NCBI GenBank assembly: GCA_030605865.1
Contig: JAUWHN010000011.1
Span: forward strand, 1-27,381
From: Candidatus Portnoybacteria bacterium
GTDB taxonomy: Bacteria; Patescibacteriota; Minisyncoccia; RBG-13-40-8-A; JAUWHN01
Reading direction: 5' to 3'
Length of the DNA: 27,381 nt
The stretch's first letter is position 1; every line of letters begins with the position of its first letter. This document shows, piece by piece, positions 1 to 5,788 of the stretch. The position numbers were made by a program, and so were the translations under genes. The notes below the pieces were generated by a model. It did not search any database. It was not told the DNA's origin and worked only from the letters and a program-made list of their open reading frames with translations.

Positions 1-843
1 GGCGGTGATACTAATGGCGACGGGGATTGGGCTGAGCATTGTAGGACAAAAGATCCTGATGACAATACTTATCGCGATTGCCCCGAAGCCGGTGAGTGGG
101 GGCAGATTATTTTTACTCCCACTTCAACTAATTCTTCTTTAAAATATGCGATTATCAGATACGGAGGACGAGAGTGGGCCGAGGCGCCGGTTCACTCCAG
201 ACCGGATTACGTTTTAAAAATTGAGGACAGTGATTTGACTTTAGCCGATTCAATAATTGAAGATAATACTGGCGGATTTGAGCTCACAAATTCTAATTCT
301 CTTATAGCCAGAACAACTTTTAGGGATCATCGGTATTCTATGCCTTTTAGTTCTTGGGTTAGCACCGGTCTTCGCTTGGTTTCTTCCAGGCCGACAATTG
401 ATTTTGCTACTTTTTTAAACAACAGTTTAGGCCTCTATATTGATCCCTTTTCTTGGCCAACTTTACTTAATTTAGTTTTTGACTGGAACAATAGAGATGC
501 TCAAGATTTGCGGCCCGAACCAGAACCCGAGCCGGAAGCCAATGTAGAAATAATTTATATTTTTTATGATGGGGTAGAGGAAGGCGAGGCAGATGAGTAT
601 GTGGAGATTGAAAACACTGGGGACGCGGCAGCGGATTTGGAAAACTGGACTTTAAGCGACGAAGCCGAGCATACCTATACTTTTCCATCTTATAATTTAG
701 AACCCGGCCAGAGTATAAAAGTTTATACCAATATGGGAGAATTCAGTTTTGGAAGAGGCGTAGCCGTATGGAACAACACCGGCGGCGACACGGCTTATTT
801 GAAGGATGGGGAAGGGGAGTTGGTTGATAGTTATAGTTATTGA
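1..843 (+). CDS. 5'-truncated large surface/secreted protein with C-terminal lamin-tail (LTD)-like domain
   Basis: Frame 1 is open from base 1 (GGDTNGDGDWAEHC...GEWGQIIF...SLKYAIIRYGG), so the ORF-track start at 235 is not the true start. A PEPEPEP linker precedes EYVEIENTG...DLENWTLSD...YTFP...LEPGQSIKVYT...VWNNTGGDTAYLKD, typical of LTD. Confidence 0.8.
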   Translation, partial: GGDTNGDGDWAEHCRTKDPDDNTYRDCPEAGEWGQIIFTPTSTNSSLKYAIIRYGGREWAEAPVHSRPDYVLKIEDSDLTLADSIIEDNTGGFELTNSNSLIARTTFRDHRYSMPFSSWVSTGLRLVSSRPTIDFATFLNNSLGLYIDPFSWPTLLNLVFDWNNRDAQDLRPEPEPEPEANVEIIYIFYDGVEEGEADEYVEIENTGDAAADLENWTLSDEAEHTYTFPSYNLEPGQSIKVYTNMGEFSFGRGVAVWNNTGGDTAYLKDGEGELVDSYSY

Positions 844-880
844 AATAAGGGCATTTCTGTTGGGGTTTAAGGATTTACTT

Positions 881-909
881 TTGACATTATTTTAGGATTA
901 TGATAGGAT
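881..909 (+). promoter_or_regulatory. sigma70-type promoter, cassette 1
   Basis: TTGACA(881-886)-17 nt-TAGGAT(904-909) with extended -10 TG; SD AAGGAGG at 933-939. Confidence 0.75.
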
Positions 910-944
910 AGAACGTTGAGCTATCTTTAACAAAGGAGGGACAA

Positions 945-1280
945 TTGTCCAAGAAAAAAGAAATAGAATGGGAAAGCTGGGGTGTTCAACCTCGCGAAGA
1001 TGGCGTTAAACGAATCACAGATCCTTTTCATTGTCTTTATTGTAACTGTACCTCATCCGAGTTAACATTTCATCAGTTTATGATTGGATATTCAGCAGAT
1101 ACAAACTTTATAGTAATGGAATGTCCAGGATGTTTTGGAAAATTTTATCATCACATTGATCAAGGTAATATTAATGCAGTTACGCTTATAGTAGAAGATG
1201 GAAACAAGGACTTTTTTAAAGTTCCTGGCACATATGAAAAACTTTCAAAAATGATTGAGAGACAAAAAAAGAAGAAATGA
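945..1280 (+). CDS. small hypothetical protein, probable Zn-binding (CxxC...CxxC); cassette 1
   Basis: TTG start 5 nt after AAGGAGG; CLYC and CPGC motifs; own promoter and terminator. Confidence 0.75.
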   Translation: MSKKKEIEWESWGVQPREDGVKRITDPFHCLYCNCTSSELTFHQFMIGYSADTNFIVMECPGCFGKFYHHIDQGNINAVTLIVEDGNKDFFKVPGTYEKLSKMIERQKKKK

Positions 1281-1319
1281 GGGGTTTTTTAATTAAGCCA
1301 AAAAGACCTCTCTTTTTTT
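1279..1319 (+). terminator. rho-independent terminator, cassette 1
   Basis: GAGGGGTTTTTT pairs with AAAAAGACCTCTC (with G-U pairs), followed by T7. Confidence 0.7.
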
Positions 1320-1345
1320 ATCCCCAAAACTTTCGGAGGCGTATA

Positions 1346-1376
1346 TTATTTATTCCTCCAACTCAATAAATGGCGT
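1346..1376 (+). repeat. junction repeat copy 1 (truncated after half of the palindrome)
   Basis: TTATTTATTCCTCCAACTCAATAA (1346-1369) is identical to 1576-1599, followed by ATGGCGT. Confidence 0.85.
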
Positions 1377-1378
1377 AG

Positions 1379-1406
1379 TTGACAACTTATTCCAACTCGT
1401 TATACT
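1379..1406 (+). promoter_or_regulatory. sigma70-type promoter driving a non-coding unit
   Basis: TTGACA(1379-1384)-16 nt-TATACT(1401-1406). Confidence 0.7.
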
Positions 1407-1411
1407 AGAAG

Positions 1412-1580
1412 TAGTTAGTACCTTTTGGGAAACGCCTAAGAATTATCTGCCTCTCAATCTCATTCTAAGCTTAAGCATCTATATCTCCACTTTTAGCTTA
1501 TTGTTTAAGCGAAGGCTATGGCGTTTCCCACCTGTTCTTTTATCGAAATATTGCGCCCTTGTTTCGGCAAGGGCCTTATT
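1412..1580 (+). ncRNA. putative structured small RNA of unknown family (RNA cassette)
   Basis: Own promoter; perfect 11-bp closing stem TGGGAAACGCC(1426-1436)/GGCGTTTCCCA(1520-1530); inner stem GCTTAAGCA(1469-1477)/TGTTTAAGC(1502-1510); terminator at 1555-1574; no sizeable ORF on + strand. Confidence 0.55.
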
Positions 1581-1584
1581 TATT
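1555..1584 (+). terminator. terminator of the RNA cassette
   Basis: GCCCTTG-TTTCGG-CAAGGGC followed by a T-rich tract (CTTATTTATT). Confidence 0.65.
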
Positions 1585-1689
1585 CCTCCAACTCAATAAT
1601 AATATGGCGTCATTCAATGACGCCATATTACGTAAAAGGTGGTCAATTACTTGACAAAACATTGGGATGGGAGTATAATGAAAAGTAAG
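1576..1689 (+). repeat. junction repeat copy 2 (about 110 bp: TTATTCCTCCAAC box + 31-bp palindrome + promoter)
   Basis: Aligns to 2691-2796 at roughly 80% identity by manual alignment, with one 4-nt indel; perfect palindrome 1600-1630; promoter TTGACA(1651-1656)-17-TATAAT(1674-1679). Confidence 0.9.
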
Positions 1690-1719
1690 TCAAAAATCAA
1701 AACAAGGAGGTATTAACAA

Positions 1720-2190
1720 ATGAAAAAAACAAAATTCTGGTTGGAACTTCTGTTTGGCTTGTTGCTTCTTTTTCTCGCAATCTTTTTGGTACACGTTGGT
1801 GTAAGTGAAAAAGTAGATATCGACGACTTGGTACTCTTTTATGTTTTTGCGGCCCTCTTTTTCTTTATAGGTGTGCTTTTTCTTATGGCGGCAGGTGGTT
1901 GCATGGCGAGAGGATTTCGGAGAGATTATTTATTAGATAGGATGGAATACAGAAAAGACATTGAATCTCGTGGCAAAGGCAATGACTATGTCAGATTGTT
2001 ATTATCCGAAGCTGATAAAGAGAATAGCTTTCATCCTTCTATAAGTTTCCATTCAATCCACGGCGGTCAGCTTTTAGACAAAAACGGCCATATGTTAACG
2101 AAGCTTCCAGAAACCTTTCTTGTAAGGAAGACGGAAAAAGAAGGAAAAACCGTATATCATATTTTGCCAACCAGAACAAATGAAGCGTAG
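1720..2190 (+). CDS. hypothetical membrane protein (two N-terminal TM helices plus soluble domain); cassette 2
   Basis: SD AAGGAGGT at 1704-1711; two hydrophobic segments; own promoter and terminator. Confidence 0.75.
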   Translation: MKKTKFWLELLFGLLLLFLAIFLVHVGVSEKVDIDDLVLFYVFAALFFFIGVLFLMAAGGCMARGFRRDYLLDRMEYRKDIESRGKGNDYVRLLLSEADKENSFHPSISFHSIHGGQLLDKNGHMLTKLPETFLVRKTEKEGKTVYHILPTRTNEA

Positions 2191-2203
2191 CTTCTGAATT
2201 CTC

Positions 2204-2241
2204 GGGGGTCAGGATTTCGGTCTTGCCCCCCCCTTTTTTTT
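2204..2241 (+). terminator. rho-independent terminator, cassette 2
   Basis: GGGGG-T-CAGGAT-TTCG-GTCTTG-CCCCC followed by T8; UUCG loop. Confidence 0.8.
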
Positions 2242-2270
2242 ATCCTCAAAACTTTCAAGGGGTAAAAGTA

Positions 2271-2298
2271 TTGACAAATTATTGGATTGTGATAGAAT
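2271..2298 (+). promoter_or_regulatory. sigma70-type promoter, cassette 3
   Basis: TTGACA-16-TAGAAT with TG extension; the 26-nt segment starting GGATT matches the cassette 1 promoter at 23/26. Confidence 0.75.
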
Positions 2299-2339
2299 AG
2301 AATGTTGAGTTCTTAAATAATTTATTTTCAGGAGGAATT

Positions 2340-2621
2340 ATGACAGTAAAAGAAAAAGATAAAAAAAGTGTAGTGGTTCTTATTAACTCAGACCCTAGTG
2401 TTAAGGATAAGATTAATAACACAATCCGTGAATTTCTTAAAGAAAAAGGATTAACGACTGGGAAAGAACCCATAGATAAGCCTATTTCAAGCCCATTTAT
2501 TGTTTTTGTCCTTAAAAGAGAGCAGATTGTCTCTCTTAATTTATCTCTTTTTAAAAAAGAATTTTCTGAGAAAACAGGTTTTGTTGCTGAAGAGAATTTT
2601 ATAGTCGTAATCAGGCATTAA
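2340..2621 (+). CDS. small hypothetical protein; cassette 3
   Basis: AGGAGG at 2330-2335; promoter upstream and terminator downstream. Confidence 0.7.
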   Translation: MTVKEKDKKSVVVLINSDPSVKDKINNTIREFLKEKGLTTGKEPIDKPISSPFIVFVLKREQIVSLNLSLFKKEFSEKTGFVAEENFIVVIRH

Positions 2622-2651
2622 TAAAAATCTTAGAGATAAACCAAGTCTTTT

Positions 2652-2692
2652 TAAGCCCCTGGTTCAGGTCAACTGTACTGGGGTGCTTTTTT
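2652..2692 (+). terminator. terminator, cassette 3
   Basis: AAGCCCCTGGT...ACTGGGG-T-GCTT followed by a T-run. Confidence 0.7.
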
Positions 2693-2796
2693 ATTCCTCC
2701 AACTTAATAAATGGCGTCATTGAATGACGCTATTTTACGCAAAGAGCAGTTAATTGCTTGATAAATTATTGGTATGGGTGTAAAATGGAAAGTAAG
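2691..2796 (+). repeat. junction repeat copy 3 (box + palindrome + promoter of cassette 4)
   Basis: Homologous to 1580-1689; palindrome AAATGGCGTCATT-G-AATGACGCTATTT (2709-2735); TTGATA(2758-2763)-17-TAAAAT(2781-2786). Confidence 0.9.
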
Positions 2797-2833
2797 CGTG
2801 GTGCTTATGATTCTTTAACAAAAGGAGTAAACA

Positions 2834-3121
2834 ATGAATGAAACAGAATTTAAAGCAGGAGAACTTTACAAGATTATTGATGTAGGAGAAGGATCTATTG
2901 CTTATCATCCAAACAAAGATGATTATATTAACAAGATAGTTAAACTTATTTATTTCTTTGGCAAGTGGAAAAGCGGCTGGGTAGGATGCAATATTACTTT
3001 CCAGCAGGACTTCACATTGACAGATAAGAGAACTGGAAAAAAAATTCATCGTAAAAAAGGATGGTGGGCTTCTTTTCACGAGGTCAAATTAGAAAAAGTC
3101 CAAATCTTTCTTCTCTACTAA
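2834..3121 (+). CDS. small hypothetical protein, possibly SH3-like beta-barrel; cassette 4
   Basis: SD AAGGAG at 2822-2827; pattern FKAGELYKII...KIVKLI...W..F..VKLEKV. The fold assignment is inference only. Confidence 0.7.
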   Translation: MNETEFKAGELYKIIDVGEGSIAYHPNKDDYINKIVKLIYFFGKWKSGWVGCNITFQQDFTLTDKRTGKKIHRKKGWWASFHEVKLEKVQIFLLY

Positions 3122-3183
3122 GCCCCTAACTCATCAACCTTTATAATGGGTTGTCCAAAACAAATGAGTTAGGGTGCTTTTTT
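3119..3183 (+). terminator. terminator / structured element, cassette 4
   Basis: CCCTAACTCAT(3124-3134)/ATGAGTTAGGG(3164-3174) 11-bp stem, inner CAACC/GGTTG, then T6. Confidence 0.75.
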
Positions 3184-3195
3184 ATTTCAAAACCC

Positions 3196-3224
3196 TTGAC
3201 AAAATATTGATATGGGTGTATAAT
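3196..3224 (+). promoter_or_regulatory. sigma70 consensus promoter, cassette 5
   Basis: TTGACA-17-TATAAT; 26/30 identical to the cassette 2 promoter (1651-1680). Confidence 0.85.
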
Positions 3225-3290
3225 GTAGATATTGAAGAGTGTGGAAGTTCCACAAATCTTTTCTTTGACAATTTTTATTGGAGGAAAAAG

Positions 3291-3566
3291 ATGAAAACTT
3301 CTAAGAAAGTTTTGATTATTGTCTTAGTGTTTACAGTCTTTTTAATATTCATATTGATATTAGCGGCTTATGGGAGTTGGATTGTAAATGCGGTTGTTCA
3401 TGTAGCTACTGCTCTTTTTCAGGGGATTGTTTCTCTGTTTGAGTTTATTTTCTACCCGGATGGATTTTTCCAGCTTTTCGGACCCGTTGGTTCCGGCTTG
3501 GTTATTGGCTTGATAATGGTCTTGATGGTTTTGATTGTTAGGAAACTTTTAGTAATAAAAGTGTAG
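3291..3566 (+). CDS. small membrane protein (two hydrophobic segments); cassette 5
   Basis: GGAGG at 3280-3284 puts the start at ATG 3291 (MKTSKK..., 91 aa), not the GTG at 3174 in the ORF track, which lies upstream of the promoter. Confidence 0.75.
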   Translation: MKTSKKVLIIVLVFTVFLIFILILAAYGSWIVNAVVHVATALFQGIVSLFEFIFYPDGFFQLFGPVGSGLVIGLIMVLMVLIVRKLLVIKV

Positions 3567-3597
3567 TAGGAAATAAGTCATTATTTGAAACAAGAAT

Positions 3598-3630
3598 GGG
3601 GGCTACTTAATAAAGTAGTCCTTTCGTTTT
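3598..3630 (+). terminator. terminator, cassette 5
   Basis: GGGGCTACT-TAATAA-AGTAGTCCT followed by TTCGTTTT. Confidence 0.65.
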
Positions 3631-3657
3631 AATGTTATTTCAAAGAGGGGAATTTTA

Positions 3658-3685
3658 TTGACACCTTTATTTCATTTGTTATACT
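3658..3685 (+). promoter_or_regulatory. sigma70-type promoter driving a hairpin RNA
   Basis: TTGACA(3658-3663)-16-TATACT(3680-3685) with extended -10 TG. Confidence 0.7.
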
Positions 3686-3691
3686 AAATTT

Positions 3692-3765
3692 GCCGGCGGA
3701 CTAGCACCCACAAAAGACGTAGATTTGGGGTTTGTACTTCCGCCGGCTTTCGGTTTTAAAAAGCC
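3692..3765 (+). ncRNA. putative small hairpin RNA or regulatory leader, unknown family
   Basis: Perfect 9-bp GC stem GCCGGCGGA(3692-3700)/TCCGCCGGC(3739-3747) starting at the predicted +1; alternative pairing GGCTTT/AAAGCC (3745-3765). Confidence 0.45.
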
Positions 3766-3813
3766 ACCTCGCAAAATTGGTGATGAGATGGATAATATGA
3801 TAAAATATAAAAG

Positions 3814-5775
3814 ATGAGGAAGATAGCGAAAATTTCAACTGTTATTGTTGTTTTGTTTTTTGTTTTTCATATTCCGGTTTCTTTTGCTGATATTCTGGGC
3901 GAGAGCAAGACTTTTAACGTTGATTCAACTTATGATTCCGAGGGAAGAACTCAAGTTGTTGCCACTGTTAAGCGTGTTAGCGAACGGGCTTATTTTTATA
4001 TAGAAAATAAATGGTGGAATTCATTAAATTCTTATGAAAGGAGCCAGGCCGAGGAAAGCTTAAGGAGTTTGGCCACTGAATTCGATGAAGTTATTTATCC
4101 GGAATTAACTGAGTTTTTCGGCGATATCTGGGATCCTGGAATTGATAATGATTCCCGGATTACTATTTTAATGACCGAGCTTGAAGAAAACGCTGGCGGC
4201 TATTTTAATTCCTGCCATGAGTATACTCGTTCTCGCTGCAGCCGCTCCAATGAACGGGAAATGATTCATGTTAATGTTGACTTTATTTTTGATCGCAAGC
4301 TCAAAGGATTTATTGCTCATGAATTGCAGCATTTGATTAGCTGGAATCAGAAAGAAAAGATAGCTGTGCTTAAAGAGGATATATGGTTGAACGAGATGAG
4401 GAGCGAATATGTTTCCAGTTTACTCGATTATGACGACCCCTATTCGGAAAGCATGTTGGAAATGAGAGTAAAGAACTTTTTGGACGATCATCGTAATCCC
4501 TTGGGAGAATGGAAGGGAGAGTCAGGCGATTACGGAGTAATTGCTCTTTTGGGGAATTATATAGCTAATCAGTTTGGCGAGAATTTATTTTCTTTAATGT
4601 CTAAAAATAATTTAGTTGGTATAACCAGTATTAATAAGGCCTTTCAGGAAGCTGGCTATACTGAGGATTTTGGTGAAGTTTTTACTAACTGGAGCCTGGC
4701 TAATTATTATAATAGTTTGGCAATAGGTCGGGGTGGAAAATATGGTTATACCAATCCGTATCTTAAAAGAATTCATATTTCACCAACCTTAAATAGATTT
4801 TATTCTTACAGCGTTGTTAATTTTTCAGAGGAAGTCAAAGATTGGTCTCCTCGTTGGTATCTGTTTCAAAATAAATTATCTTCTCAAGACGAATCCATTG
4901 CTTTAAAAATAGAATTCGAGAGTTCTAATCAAAAAACTAATTTTAGAGTGCCTTATGTGATTCATTATAAAGATGGTAGCTATGAAATAGGGCATTTTAT
5001 AAATCTCGAGAATCAGGCTGGGGCTGTTTATATCTTTAATTTTGCCAAAGATGTCGGGTCCGTGTTAGTGGTGCCAGCAAATCATTCAAAAACAGCTAAT
5101 TTTACTAATAGTGATTCTTCAACCCGATTTACCCTGAAAGCTTCAACAGTTGTTGTTAATCAACCAGTGATTAGCAGTATTTCTCCTTCTGAAGGCCCGC
5201 TCTCTGGTAATAATACAGTTGTGATTAAAGGAGGTAATTTTCAAAGAGGAATTGAAGTTTATTTTGGCGGGGTGAAATCTCCAAATATTGTTTTTATAAA
5301 TGAAACGACATTGAATGTCGTTATTCCTCCCCATGAAGCTGGTTTTGTTAATGTTTGGTTAAGAAATCCTGATGAAAAAAGCAGTGTTTTTGCTCAAGGA
5401 TATGAGTATAGCAGGGGCATTATTACTGACGGTTCATTAATCAGGGCTAGAGGCGATTACAAAGTTTATATTGTCCAGGGCGGATACAAGCGTCATATTT
5501 TGGACGGCAGTATTTTTGATTTTTATGGGCATTTGAACTGGGCAAATATTATAGAAGTAACTCCGGAAGAACGGGATTTTTACAGAGACAGTGCCTGGTT
5601 CAGGGCAGCTGGCGATGCCAAAGTTTACGAAGTCAATAATGACAAGACCAAGCACTGGCTCAATATGACTGCTGAAGAGTTTTATGTTTCGGGCAGGAGA
5701 TGGGAAGGGGTTTTTGTAATAAATAATCAAGAGAGAGATTTTTATAGGACAGGAGCGAGCGTGCTTTATAGATAG
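3814..5775 (+). CDS. secreted zinc metalloprotease-like protein with IPT/TIG domain and C-terminal repeated surface domain
   Basis: Signal peptide (..VSFA/D); HELQH (HExxH) plus downstream WLNEMRSE; ISSISPSEGPLSGNNTVVIKGGNF (IPT/TIG); duplicated C-terminal GDYKVY/GDAKVY repeats. Confidence 0.75.
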   Translation: MRKIAKISTVIVVLFFVFHIPVSFADILGESKTFNVDSTYDSEGRTQVVATVKRVSERAYFYIENKWWNSLNSYERSQAEESLRSLATEFDEVIYPELTEFFGDIWDPGIDNDSRITILMTELEENAGGYFNSCHEYTRSRCSRSNEREMIHVNVDFIFDRKLKGFIAHELQHLISWNQKEKIAVLKEDIWLNEMRSEYVSSLLDYDDPYSESMLEMRVKNFLDDHRNPLGEWKGESGDYGVIALLGNYIANQFGENLFSLMSKNNLVGITSINKAFQEAGYTEDFGEVFTNWSLANYYNSLAIGRGGKYGYTNPYLKRIHISPTLNRFYSYSVVNFSEEVKDWSPRWYLFQNKLSSQDESIALKIEFESSNQKTNFRVPYVIHYKDGSYEIGHFINLENQAGAVYIFNFAKDVGSVLVVPANHSKTANFTNSDSSTRFTLKASTVVVNQPVISSISPSEGPLSGNNTVVIKGGNFQRGIEVYFGGVKSPNIVFINETTLNVVIPPHEAGFVNVWLRNPDEKSSVFAQGYEYSRGIITDGSLIRARGDYKVYIVQGGYKRHILDGSIFDFYGHLNWANIIEVTPEERDFYRDSAWFRAAGDAKVYEVNNDKTKHWLNMTAEEFYVSGRRWEGVFVINNQERDFYRTGASVLYR

Positions 5776-5788
5776 TTTACGAGGCTAT

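Noticed and set aside
1443-1478. Minus-strand micro-ORF MLKLRMRLRGR* with a GGAG upstream, antisense to the putative sRNA (type I TA idea)
   Set aside because: Only 11 codons, not hydrophobic like typical type I toxins, and no correctly spaced minus-strand promoter was found. Kept only as a weak alternative.
1346-2796. CRISPR or TIGR-like array based on the recurring TTATTCCTCCAAC/palindrome repeat
   Set aside because: Only three copies, spaced 230 and about 1110 bp apart with whole genes between them. There are no uniform short spacers and no cas or Nop-domain gene.
3124-3174. Possible integron attC site (CCCTAAC ... GTTAGGG next to a stop codon)
   Set aside because: The ends deviate from RYYYAAC/GTTRRRY, there are no complementary L boxes, the would-be unpaired spacer is paired, and the paralogous element at 2652-2692 lacks AAC/GTT. 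No intI gene is in the window.
3240-3254. TGTGGAA-G-TTCCACA palindrome in the cassette 5 leader
   Set aside because: It has a 1-nt centre like the large palindrome, but is unrelated in sequence, short and single-copy.
3174-3290. N-terminal extension of the cassette 5 ORF (130-aa track call)
   Set aside because: It starts inside the terminator, upstream of the consensus promoter. The SD supports ATG 3291. Similar over-extended starts at 13383, 19228 and 24828 were also trimmed.
1412-3765. tRNA, SRP RNA, tmRNA or RNase P identity for the two structured RNAs
   Set aside because: No cloverleaf or T-loop, no SRP CAGG/GGAA/AGCAG core, and no tmRNA or RNase P signature seen.
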